A DNA stretch of 60,268 bases, the filler included, from Sphacelaria rigidula (Eukaryota), in assembly GCA_964200075.2 (NCBI GenBank). It is 8 parts of 8 records of this genome, joined end to end, with 100 filler letters (N's around TTAATTAATTAA, not from the genome) between each part and the next. Parts side by side here need not be neighbours in the genome. Positions count along the whole stretch, not along the records: positions 15,093 to 22,538 come from CAXNAA020014881.1; positions 22,639 to 30,084 come from CAXNAA020014882.1; positions 30,185 to 37,630 come from CAXNAA020014883.1; 5 more parts are not named here. One strand, 5' to 3'. The notes under the pieces are model-generated. The model saw only the letters and a list, made by a program, of their open reading frames with translations. It did no database searches and was not told the DNA's origin. Both the position numbers and the translations under genes were made by a program. Positions 22,417 through 34,841 of the stretch are shown in pieces. The stretch's first letter is position 1. Every line of letters begins with the position of its first letter.

Positions 22417-24060
22417 CGTGATACTGCTCCAAAAATAAATACTTCACATTTATCCAAAGACATACTAACAGCCGATTTTATATTTTGGGGTTCATACAAA
22501 ATATGGGGTTGAAGTGGCAATATCTCTCTTGAACGGGANNNNNNNNNNNNNNNNNNNNNNNNNNNNNNNNNNNNNNNNNNNNTTAATTAATTAANNNNNN
22601 NNNNNNNNNNNNNNNNNNNNNNNNNNNNNNNNNNNNNNATTCATTCACTGATTGACCGCTTTTCACTCTCAATCGTATCATCTACTCTCAATCTCACGAA
22701 AACACTGTTTATAGTATGTCGGCTATGTCTCTTTTTATCAGAGTACCTCTGTGCTTTTTACTTGCTGCCTCAATTTTGGTGGAATCAGTACACAAATTAA
22801 TCACCCCCTCGCTTCCGTCGCCAGATGTGAACTTCAACGCTGCAGACAGCTGAGCGAGCGCTTGTCCACCTTGCGGGAGAGGGGGGACCGCCGGTACTGT
22901 GCCTGTCCAAACCGTACTCAGCTCGAGCAGTTGTCCACACTAGCATCTAATATAATGAAGTTGCAATATAAGCAGGATGACACTGAAGCGAGTAGAACAC
23001 TGTACACGGTAAGATAAAATCTTACTTCTAATAAAAAAAAAAATCACGTTATGCTCGACACCCCCACTCTCTGCGCGAAATCCAAAACTTCTGTACTAAA
23101 ATCGACATAATATAAAAACGCGCGAATTCACCACACCAGTCCATCACGGTCTGAGACAACAGGAACAGAATTTTGCATGCTTCGTCTATTATCCCAACTT
23201 TCCTAGACCAAATAGCCCATGTAGGGGTACACCCGGTTTTGATTTATTCGATACACTTACTGGAACTTAGCGTTCCCCTATAACCCCCCTGAGACCAGCA
23301 CCTCCAAGTGTGGGGGATATAGCCTAGTGGATCACGGGGATGAGCGGGGTAGAGGCGGACTAGGGTGAAAAATGACGCGTGACGAGAGAGGGGCAGGCAG
23401 TCCGTACGCGCTCGTCCTCTCCACGGAGTATGATCAAAGTCGGGTGACGAAACGGAGGACGGACGATCAGGGGTTGTAAACCAATCGTCCCAAAAGAACA
23501 TTCGCAGAAACATGCTGAGGGACGATGTCTCGCCGGATGTCCGTGTGAGTGTTTATGGCAGGGATTCTTCCTGGTACTAGCTCTGACCTGAGAACACCGA
23601 CGGAAAAATAATTTTGGAATGTCGACTGTAGGGGTCTTGGTTCTCCCTTTATCGTTACGGGAACCCTCAGTCAATGCAACATTCGCTCATCTAAAAACGT
23701 AGTTCGAGACGCCGTACCACTGTAGTTCATGGAGGCGCCCAATCTTGGCATCAACCAATGAAAGCTGAACCGACGGATACGTTGGATGCTGGCATGATAA
23801 CTACCAAGCATTATGCTCAAACACATCCGAGAAAACGAATAACTACCCTTGCGGTGTATTTTCCTCCACGAACTATCGTTGCCGCAGCTCTATAAGGAAC
23901 CGGTATACGGCAGAACGCTTGTTTTCGAACGAACTTTCGAAAATCCACGAGTCGGAGGAGCGCCTCATGTCCCCTCCCGGCGCCGCTGCTGCTGTCTCCA
24001 CTCGCCGAACTCAGCCGCCATACGTTTCAACTTGATGAATGAGTATGAGTACGAAGCCAA

Positions 24061-27000
24061 TCATCCTTTAGCCATCGCCCTCCGCGCCTCCTTCGTTGTC
24101 GGGTGGTCTTCTCCTAGACACACACACCTGATTTCCGTAGCTCTTGATAGAGCTGCTTTGCGCTCGCTGCCCCCCGCAGAAATTTGACGTTTCGGAAACG
24201 GCGAAGGGCGGAGCGGTGGATTCACAACTCCTTGCCCGGCAGCAACCTCACGTATTCCCCCCTCCCGTAATCATGGATCGAGGAAGAGCTACGGCATTGA
24301 GCTTCAAGCTACAAAACACAGTTAGCTCCTTGGCTAGTTCGCGCACAGTTGCAAGTTGGCCTTCCAAAGTGACAAATAAAGGGCGCGGAGTGTCTGGCTG
24401 CGGATAAGAGTGTGATATACTCGTGACACAGCAACGGACGCCTTCCAGATCTCACGGTGATCAAACGCTTCAGTCTTGACACGTGCGGCATTTTCATATT
24501 TCCCCTCTTCCAGGGATAAGCACTGCAAGAGCCCACGACTAGATAAAATAGAACGAGGCATCCGTCTACCGACTGAGTGGCGTTTGAGAACATCGAAATT
24601 GACTGACTGAGGCCGCCAGCACGAACTCCCACCTGGACACTTGATCCCTCGTCTTGCGCGGCAAAAGCTGCGCTCGCTTGTCCAAAAGCGCAGTGAGAGC
24701 CTCGCCCAGGGCGGCATAAAAATCTCCAAGCTCTGGGAAATTTCGCGGATAGACAGCCTCCATCGCCGTGATTGCTCTTCGCAGATACCTGTTGAGTTGG
24801 TGGGGGATGTACTCATGATCTTGCATGCCGTAGTTGTATGACAATTGACCTCGCATCCCTACAAAGCCGGGGCCGAGCACGCCCGGGTTTCGCCAGACCA
24901 GGGTCGCAGTCAATCACCAAGCGTCACGCACCGTAGTGTGTTGGATGAGTCGCATGAGGGGTGACCTCATCCTGCCAAGACTGTTCGGCCCCTAGCGTGC
25001 TGATGATCTTGGATATGGATTACAGCCTTGAATGGGTGTTTTCATTTTTCGGGACCGCCACTTCCAGAGACAAGCCACGGGCAACACACTGCATCATGGC
25101 TGTCTCACCATTCAACACTACGCAACACGACCACCCCCTTCGCGCAGAATTGAGGTTCTCCACCCCGCACGAAAAGATTAACTCGAACACCACTCATGGT
25201 TACCGCAAGAAAAACGCAAGCGAGAAATCAGTCAGCAACCTGGTTGCCTAGCTTACGCAGTGAGTGGCGCGTTTTACAGCGCCGTCGCCACCCGATGTAA
25301 ACCCTACAAGGGGAGAGTATTGAGTCAGTGGAGTGAGGGTGGGTCTCGTTGGACCGAGGGCACGATTCAGGGGTCTCGAAACTTTGCAGGCATGAGCGCG
25401 ACCGAAGAAATGATTGCTGGGATTAGTCAATAAACGCCTAATGGAGAAAACTTGTCGGCTACCCTGCATGTATACCCATCCTACATGCAGCAATATCTTG
25501 CGCATCGCGTCGAGGCTAAGGTGCAACACATCCTACTTGATTCGGTATTCTCGACGCACATGCAACGTTTCTGTGGAATCTGCGACAAACAAGCTGGTAG
25601 CTACCCACGCCAGCAGGACGAGGTTTGGGAGCGCTGTGCGATAGGGAAACGGCAGTTGTTCAAGGTATACCGACTTACCTGGCACTACCCGAGAAATCTT
25701 CCTCGTAGTTGCAGCAGTTGGCTGTGGGCACCAGCGTCTGCACCACCGTAGCATGCATCGGGTGCAGCTTCAACTTCCCCTTCTTAGCCATGCTCTTTTT
25801 GTATGTAGCAGTAGGAGGCGCGGACCCTAGAATATTCACGGAAGATGAGTATTGTCGCGCGAATCCGTGAGGAGTGCTGGCGACGAGTGCACGGCGAATA
25901 TCTGGAGTATCGCGAATGGGTTAGGAAGGATTCTGTGCGCTCTGGAATCGGAGAATTTGGACGGATTTCCAGCTCCAGCAGCATTGTGAGAACACCTCAT
26001 GCCTTGCCCTTGTCCACTGACACAAAACGTTCGACTCGGCAGGCACTTACCGGCATCGTAGTCCTCCAGCCACTTTTCTAACTTCTTACGGGCACCAGGG
26101 AAGTCTTTCGCCCGGAGCACCGCCATCGCCGCATCCCTAACCTCGCAACAAACACAGCAAAATTGTATGACCATCATGTGTTATTATGGTAGTGAAAGCC
26201 CGTGAAAATCTCGGTGTTGACGTGCTACTCTCTCTACAGACGAACCAGGACGATCACACAGGTATAAGGGAACACCATTTGCACCATGGTCGGTAGAAGT
26301 CTCCCTTCCTCAACCCTTTTGGAATCATAGAAAAGTGACGATTTACAATTGACGTTTTATTGGGCAATACATGCTTGTTTTTCTGCAACTGTTGATGATG
26401 ATGCACCCCCCCCCCAAAATGGTGCACCACTGTAAGTTCAAGTATATTAATGTGACAGATTCGTAACCCGAACTCGAAGTAGCGTTTTTCCGGTGACGAA
26501 TCTGTCACATTCATATACTTGAACTTACAGTGGTGCACCATTTGGGGGGGGGGGCGTAATCATTTGTTGCTTGCCTTAGTCGTTTGACCATTGACCACAT
26601 TTTTGGGGGGGGGGTGCATCATCATCAGCAGTTGCATAAAAACAAGCATGTATTGCCCAATAAAACGTCAATTGTAAATCGTCACTTTTCTATGATTCCA
26701 AAAGGGTTGAGGAAGGGAGACTTCTACCGACCATGGTGCAAATGGTGTTCCCTTATACCTATGTGATCGTCCTGGTTCGTCTGCAGAGAGAGTAGCACGT
26801 CACTTTCCCATCAACGGTCTCAAAAGGGTCGACATCTCCATCGACTACTACTGCAACGCGATGGTTGAATCGAACCCATGAAACACCGCAAAACGAGTAA
26901 CAGGCACTCGAGGGCGAGGATACGGTACATCGGAACGAACCGTACCAGGCGGCCTTTGCACGAGCCACACCTTCCTCCACGGCTGTCCTTTGATACTCTC

Positions 27001-28851
27001 GCCCACACGATGAACAGTAAAACATGTTCCCAGTAGTGCCATTTCTGCTGTTGATACCAATGGCAGCGCCATTACACCCGCCCTGTGCCGGTTTTGACGA
27101 CGAACGACTTGCAGTGTCCTCACCCCCTGAGGCTGCCGAACTTCCTGATCCTCGGTTGGCTTTTTTCTTTCCCTTGCCCCCGCTGCCTTTACCACCCGAC
27201 TTCTTGGTGCCGGTGTCGGTCGAGTCTTGCCCCAAAAGCATCAACTGAGCGGCGATGTCTTCTTCTTGGGTTGGAGGGGGGCTGGCGTGGCGAGCAACAG
27301 GTCACGCCGTAATTTGATCAAGTTTGGTAGGCGCAGGATCATGCCGTGTATCCAAACGACAAAACCCGTACTGAGCGTGTTGGTGGCTGGATGAGTTTTG
27401 GAGGACATGCGATACATACTGCGTGTTAAACACTACGGTCAGAGTCCACACGATACACGATAGTTGTGCAGTCCCATACATGATCCCGCTGGATTATCGC
27501 GTGCCCAATGCAAGCTACCCTTACAGTACTTCGTTGACGGAAAACAAACTCGATCGATGCATTTTTCGGCTACTCACGTTGCGGCAAGGCACCCGTCCTG
27601 CCCACAGTCGAGACAGCATACCCCATCCAGGTACACATCTGCCAGCCCCCGGGTCTCACACCTGCGCAAATGGGTCAAAGGTTACACGCGATTACAACTT
27701 CCACGTTTTGGCCCGATTGGCCGAGGAGACGCTGCGTCATACAGTAGTTTAGTTGTTCGAGTCGCGAAGACGTACCCCGCTACAGGCAGGAAAACGAAGC
27801 AAACGCGACCAGAAACTGGGAGATTGAACACAGCTCTGTGCCTCAGTGAAACAGTGAGTACATGTAGGAGTGATGAGACTACAATGGCCATCTTGCCTCG
27901 GGCAGCAGCACAAAAAATGCTTGGACTCCAACAGCATCCGTTGCCGGTCGGCGGTGGACTGAAGCAAGTCGATGTAGTACACCGTCAACTCAGTTCCAGC
28001 CTTCACAGGCTCCAGCGTCCGAACCATCATCTTTTCCCCTGTCGAGAGGAAACGGTCGAGGGCAGCGTAAGTTATACTCACGGGACGTGTTTTCGTCGTG
28101 TGACGTGAGAGTTAACTCTCGGTAATGCACCAGCAACAAAGGGAGACAGAAGATCAGCAGGTATTTACAGCAGCAGCGGCGATGGGACCTCTCGTCCTCG
28201 TCGAAACTGGCCGCTTCCTGAACTAGACATCAATCCTTCCGTCTCCGATCCTTCCTAAAAAGTCAAACATGTCGAGTTTATCCGGTATGGTATCAGAATA
28301 GTGAGAACAGTCACTTGAAATCGTTGCACACAGATGTAAACTGCAGGCGCGGGGGTAAGCCGAAACATCCTCAACAAGTTGCTAGCCCCCGACCATCCCA
28401 TGTCGTATACCCCATGCATGGCAACGCCTCTGTCACCATGGCTTTACCAGGACAATACACTTTTAGCTTGCGGGTCGACGGTCGCCCATAGGTCACGAAC
28501 AACTGTGACGAGACATTGGATGGATTGCAAAACCTCGCATGTTGGGAAACCAAGAAGACGTGAGGGAACCGTTCAACATTAAAGACGCTGGTGCATGACA
28601 CTAAACAAGCAAAATAAAGTATCACCGGGCTTTCTCCTTTACCGTGATAAGTGAAGGTGCAGTTGGGCCTGCACGAGTGATTGATCATCGCCGCCAGAGG
28701 AAACATGCCCACACCGACTACGAAGTTAGAGCCGGAGTCATCTCGGAGGCCGTGGGCATTGACGTTGACGCGGCAGGCAAGCTCTACCATCTCCTCCACA
28801 TCGCATCGCGCCCACTTCGGGATAATCTGCATCGCATCTGTCGCCGCAGCC
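24061..28851 (-). CDS. SMYD-type SET-domain lysine methyltransferase, 3' eight exons (28643-28851, 27897-28038, 27578-27661, 26946-27281, 26051-26136, 25679-25826, 24633-24788, 24061-24166)
   Basis: Spliced in frame by hand: VGMFPLAAMINHSCRPNC, GTELTVYYID, post-SET HFLCCCPRC, CLDCG...CSSCG and a TPR-like tail ending RCVCLGEDHPTT...KG-TGA. All acceptors are AG; donors are GT except one GC. Upstream exons not located. Confidence 0.9.
24810..25319 (-). mobile_element. ~510-bp intronic repeat (MITE-like), copy 1
   Basis: Reverse-complement homolog of 38806-39322 (cggctttgtagggatgcgaggtcaat, ctacggcatgcaagatcat, cgccactcactgc). Confidence 0.8.
26218..26802. repeat. Intronic 585-bp foldback element: ~200-bp near-perfect inverted repeats enclosing a second hairpin
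   Basis: 26218-~26420 is the reverse complement of ~26600-26802. The inner stem aatggtgcaccactgtaagttcaagtat...atacttgaacttacagtggtgcaccatt spans ~26405-26555. Confidence 0.93.
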
Positions 28852-29937
28852 CTGTGCATGTTGGAGTATGCAATAGGAGCTGCGGTACATAAAGTAGACG
28901 TATTGTACCTATCAACCTATCCAGTCCTATTGTACCTTCCAATCAGGGAAAACAGTCGGATACATGCTACTTATTTTACCGCTAATCAAATGAGTAAGGA
29001 TCGCCTTGGACTGCGGGAGAACCGGTGAGTTTTCGCCAGACTGGGTGTCTAGCGTTTGACGGAGATTGAGTATCCGAAGAAGAGGGTATCCTAAGCAATT
29101 CATCGACCGGTGTTTGTTGGGCAATACTTCGCCGAGCCACGCGAGGAGCGGTTTGTATGACAGCTGCTAGCGGTGGGAAGAATTGAATACAGTATGTATA
29201 TATATATATATAGTCATGGCATTGGCCTCGTCAATCAGTGGGAATTTAGAACTCGACATTTCCAGGAAATGTCGCTTAATGCCTGATGAAACAGTTACAC
29301 TTCCGAAAAGCCCCCCAGGACTTATACTAGACCATCTATATTTTCTGTGGTAGCTTGTCACTGCACTAAGCCTCTGATATCCCTGAGTAGGATATCGGCG
29401 TGTGGTTGTGAGCACACGGCATTGTCACAGAGAGTGAAGCCCACACGTATTTTTTTTTCATCAAGTCAGAGCGAATTATGAAGCGCACCCTCATCCGGCC
29501 AGAACCTTCTTCAGATGGTTCCGTAGTATAGGCGTCGCGTAATCAATTCATGGCGTTCCGGCGACAGTCAAACTTCAAATACATACTGGGCATCAGGGTG
29601 ATGCAAGTCACTTGAGAGAAATTTGAATGTATGTACGAATGTTTTGTTTTTTATTTTGTTACACTCGAACCCCCCTCCCCCCTCCCCTCCTCGGGATGAG
29701 CCTGTGCGTTCTGACAGTCTGTAGACAGCAATTGAATAAAAAATGGGGCAGTGAACTCCATCGTAGTCTTTGCGTTGTGGTACGAGGGCACGCAGATCGA
29801 TGGATCACGTACAATATACTACAGCTGTGCAACAACCTTACATATGCGCCGGACATATCATGTCGAACTCGAACAATATAACTCCACGTCACTATAGCAA
29901 CTGTACTGTATTGCTCGAGTACTCTTCTTTTTTTCCT

Positions 29938-30084
29938 CACACTTTGAACCCCTCTCCTTCCTCGGGATGAGTCCGTGGTCTCAAGGGATCACCCCATCTT
30001 TCCCCCGGTACCCGCCTTTCATTTTGGTCTCGCGGATTGGATCAGCACTCCCACACCGCGTCAACTCACATCACACAAACCTAG
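29938..30084 (-). mobile_element. SINE family 2, 3' part (cut by linker)
   Basis: Matches 38097-38250 (cactttgaacccctc...tctcaagggatca...ttttggtctcgcggattgg). Confidence 0.75.
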
Positions 30085-30564
30085 NNNNNNNNNNNNNNNN
30101 NNNNNNNNNNNNNNNNNNNNNNNNNNNNTTAATTAATTAANNNNNNNNNNNNNNNNNNNNNNNNNNNNNNNNNNNNNNNNNNNNAAAGCCAAAGGCCGCC
30201 CCCCCCCCTCCCCCTACCCGCGGTCGAGAATGAGGAAAATGCCAAATCCATTGGGGAAAAACCTTACTCTTCCTATTTCTCCACTAGTATACGGAATTGA
30301 ACGATCATTCAGATATCTCCAGGGTGGCCTCAACGTGAGCAGCCCAAAACCGAGGAGGTTTGGTATGTCAGTTGTTCTTGTGGCGATCGGGGAGCAATTT
30401 TGCCGGCTGGAAAATGACTTTGGGGTCGCGGTGATCACTGGATAATGAATGCCGAGCCCCGCTGGCTTTTGCAAGACCGGTTGTTAATACCGACCTGGCA
30501 CTATCGCAGTGATACGGCCGCCATGTTGAAGAGGGCGGTGTACGAACAGTTCTGCACTGCCACT

Positions 30565-30930
30565 GTGTTGTGTTGTGTGTGTTGTCATCCCATCTATTCT
30601 GGGCGCTGGTCAACACCTTTCGGTATATGTGGGCGCACCAGCCATGGTCATACAGGAGGAAGGTCAACACAGGAGCTTTTCATTTTTCATTTGTTTCTAG
30701 TACCCCACCGTCCTTCTGCGGTGCATGCCTTCATTTTTTATTGCGAGAGGGGCTTAGCAGTCCCTTTCCCTCGTCAACCGTTAGGTCGAATTTTGTGTAC
30801 CCACGACATTTTCGCTCTCCACTGTTGGACATTGTGTGAGAGAAAATCCCAGATCGCTCCAAGAATTGAACCCACGACCAAACTGTCAGAGGGTTTCGAG
30901 GTTACCAACTAAGCCACCGGGGCGACCGGC
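30565..30930 (-). mobile_element. tRNA-derived SINE family 1, copy A
   Basis: Head GCCGGTCGCCCCGGTGGCTTAGTTGG (A box)...GGTTCAATTC (B box); tail AGATGGGATGAC(AAC/AC)n. Four homologous copies in the window. Confidence 0.85.
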
Positions 30931-33497
30931 TCTACTGGATGACTGAAACGTACATGCAGTACTCGTAAGTCGACTGTGTGGTGTCACCAGCCGACACGAA
31001 AATGTTCTGATATTATGGACGGTGCACAATGTGTGCGTTGCAGAGAATCACGTACTTGGCCCGCGTTTGGGCAGACAGCCGTGTTCATACAACGCCTATA
31101 TAATATCTACATACCGCAATTGATCCTGCACTGCGACACAAGAGAGGGAGAGGTTGCGAAGGGGAATATTATGGTCGTGGCATTGCGAAAAATAATATCC
31201 AACATCGAGGTAGCGGCAGTCATGAAATGTAATTAACGTGATATTAATATATTGTTATGCCCGCAACGGCAGATCCATGCAAACTCCTGGGTGCCAGGCG
31301 TGCGTGCCCACTTCACGTTCACCCCTTGCAAGACTTCTGGAATCTACGGCACCGTTCCAGCGTCGGTACCATCAGCGCTTTGACCTTCACTCCCCGTTTC
31401 TGCGGACATGTTCTTCTCTACTTGCTTCGACTTACCCCACAGTACCACCTACCGTTTCGGTACACCCCACGCAGGCCGACGTTACCGGCAAACACGCGCA
31501 GTGCAGTATAGCAACTACTATCGCCATCATCAAAAGATCAGGGGGGTACCCCCGCTCATGAAATTGGACACCCCCCCTCCTCCAACCCAAGAATGAGGTT
31601 CGTGCGGCGAAAGAGGGGGTGGCTCATGGATTTCCCGATATGGGGCCCCTCGGGCTCAGCCCTCACGAGACTGTGATTGGATCATGACCTTGGTTTGTTT
31701 CAGTGCGGAAAAACTTGATGATGACGTTTTTTCTGTACCGTAATGGGGGAATATTCGGGCCAATTTCCCCATCGTTTCAGCAAGCAGCATATTTGAAAGG
31801 CTGGTCGGGGCAACCTTCCATGGAAGTACGTTCATGTTACGAGTTTCTTGTTTCTTTTCTATCGCGTCTGTGTGAACTGTTTATGGGTCCAATTATTTTT
31901 TCATGACTTTCTTTTACCCTGGCTTGGGGTGGTTAGCCTGTGGCCACGGATGGTATTCGCATCAGATGCCCAGTACAGAGTACCACGTGGATATCACAAC
32001 GGTTTTCAATGTGAAGACAACAACGACAACGACAACAACATCCGGAGAGTGGTCCAAAACCTCCGGATGAACACAGCGTGCCGCAACCCCATGTCATACC
32101 AACACCCCGAGTATTAGAACACAACGAATAAAAAAAAACGTACGCCATAAAAGGCTACCTAATAACAATCAAATTTCGGTGCAGCGGTTTTGGCCTAGTG
32201 TACATGTGTGGAATTCGTACTCGTATACATGCGTTTTCCCTTTACCCTCAGGGGATCGGCTCTCAGAAAGATATGGGGGTTTGCACACAAGGATCTTTTC
32301 GTGAGTAGACATCATTTCAAGTCGTTTTCGAGTCAAAATGATGCCCATCAACAAAAAAGCTCCTGCGTGCAAACGAAATGTCTGTGTGCGTTCGGCCCTA
32401 GAAGGGTCAGTAGACTTCACCGACATTGGGGCTACAAATGTTCATGGTTGATATTACTTGATTCGAGTGTGGACAATGAGAATCCGATCTTTAGTAGGGT
32501 TGAAAGTTCCTTGTGTTCCTCGCGTGGGCAGACGCGTTTTCGTTTAAATCGGCGCCACAGGCGCCGATTTGGGGTCTACCAAGGCCACAATTTGCCCAGG
32601 GAATGAATGCATCGCCCTTGCCCGAGGGTTCTCGGTATGCGTTGGGTTGGGGTTGGGGTAGAGGGTGGCGATACGTGTAAAACTCTGTCAACCATGAATA
32701 TGTGTAGCCCGACGCCGGTAAACTAGCCTCAAAAGGGTTGTTGGCCCTTCGACAGCGATCCTCTCGCACATGGACTGAGGCAGAGTATGACACATTTGGG
32801 GTTCAGAGCAACTATTTTTTCGCTACAGGCTGGTTCACGCTCATCACACAAAAGAGTGTTATCAGCAAATGCCCTTCGCAATACCTACCCAATAGTCGCA
32901 TACATGATGTTATACTGACTGCCATGAACAGCTGAAGAGCGTGACATAGCCGGATTTGTGTGTAAGGCCATAGTGGTAGCGCCAAGGGCGAAAATGTATA
33001 TCGACCAATCAGCGCCCGTCAAACTGTGCCGAGATCGAAATTACGAATTCCAAGCCAAATTTTCACCCGATCTCGACATGCTTCAAATCGTAGTAACCGT
33101 CATCGACTCGGGAATCTAACGAAAAAACATATTCCAAAACGGTTACTACGGGGTTCGAATGATACCCGAAACCGTGATGTTTTTGTGATGTCAGGTGTTG
33201 GCGTCACCTATTTTCCACTAATGATACGCACGGAAGACCCAGGGAGCCTCGTGATGGTATCCCTTACATCTGTTGTAGAAAAACTCAGATCGCCCTCAAG
33301 CTTATAGCAGTTCCGTAGGTTTTCATGTTCCAGATGGAAAACGTTGTACTCTTGATAATCATAAGTTTTCCGTTCTCTACCGGCTTCCGGGCGTCCCAGT
33401 ATGAATACCCCCGGGAGGCGGTACAGAATGCCCTGAAAAAAAACATATATATATGATGAGTCGCGCGATAGTCCAAGGAACACAGGTACAAGGTTTA

Positions 33498-34841
33498 ACA
33501 TGTCGGACAACTCAACTCAGGTTACCACAAGTTGACTCTTTTTGGCGTAACTCACCAGTGAGTTATAGCAGCATCGCTCAGCGGTGCCCATTTTGGCCGG
33601 GTGAGTTGTACAGTATCACTGAGCGATGCAAGATCTGGCCAGGTGAGTTGTAAACTATAACTCAGTTATGCATATCTTGAGTAGTTGAGTTACTGTATAA
33701 CTCAGCGGTGCACATCCTGGCCAGGTGAGTTATAGAAGATAACTCGTCGATGCATACCTTAGGCAGGTGAGTTATAGAAGATAAATGAGCGGTGCACATT
33801 CTGGCCGGGTGAATTTAATTGTAGAGTAAAAACCAAAGAATAAAAAACGTGATGTGGAGCAGCTCAGGTATGTGTTCTGAGTTCTGAAACAGCTCATTCT
33901 GTACAAAGAGATGCACCTTATATTCGAGTTCTGAGTTGGAAGATAGCTCACCTGTACGCCTCAACTTATGTAACACAGCCGTGTCACTTAGTTCCGTGTT
34001 CGGGGTTCTGAGCAATTTCGTGCTCGGAGTTCGGAGATAACTTATCTTCGCCCCTTGACCCTTTGACCGCCACGGTAGGTCACCTGCTGAGTCGGCTTCA
34101 ATTTCACTTGAAAAACTATGCGTTATCCAGATGGACTACTCGCATCGCGGTATGAGGGTTAACGCATAACATGGCCACATCACTCGCTCTTGTGTTCGGA
34201 GTTCCGATTTTTTTAGATAGCTCGTCTTCACCCCTCAGTTTGTGTGACACCCTCTTTTCCACACACACACACACACACACACACGCACGCACACACGCTG
34301 GGCGCGTGCAAGACGACCACATAGAGAGTTGCCTTGCATGCGACACACGATACGATCGTCTACTGCGGCATCCACCACAGACTCCAGCGGTGCTACGCCA
34401 CATGATACCCTCTCCCCCCCCCCTCCGACCGAAAACACGCGGAAGACATTGATCAACACTAGTCACTGATGGTAGAGGAAACGCGTGATCACGTAACACA
34501 TCTGCTGGTATGCGCAGCGTGCGAAACCTCAAAATATAGGCGGTCGGGTGAGTTGTTATTCATCACTCATTTTCCACTAACTCACCAGTGAGTTATAGCA
34601 GCATCACTGGTGCTCACTCTGGTCGGGTGAGTTATACACCATCACTCGGTTATGCACATTTTGGCCGAGTGAAGTTTGACTATAACTCAGCGGTGCATGT
34701 TCTGGCAGGGTGAGTTATACTGTGTAACTCAGCGGTGCACATTCTGGCCAGGTGAGTCATGGAGCATAACTCAGCGATGCACATTCTGGCCGGGTGAGTT
34801 ATACAGAATAAATGAGTAAACTCATTAGTTGTCCGACGTGT
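33498..34841. mobile_element. Non-autonomous TIR element (Mutator-like 9-10-bp TSD) with subterminal ~41-bp palindromic arrays
   Basis: TIR ACATGTCGGACAACT / AGTTGTCCGACGTGT. Flanks ACAAGGTTTA and ACAAAGTTTG. Arrays at ~33549-33815 and ~34545-34815. Confidence 0.75.
34055..34162. mobile_element. ~110-bp piggyBac-like MITE (copy 2)
   Basis: TTGA-CCCTTTGACCGC...GCGGTATGAGGG-TTAA; shares gtaggtcacctgc and tccagatggactac with 14616-14727. Confidence 0.6.

Noticed and set aside
33549-34815. CRISPR-like array of palindromic repeats
   Set aside because: Units are contiguous ~41-bp degenerate tandem repeats without unique 25-45-nt spacers; no cas genes; eukaryotic transposon context.
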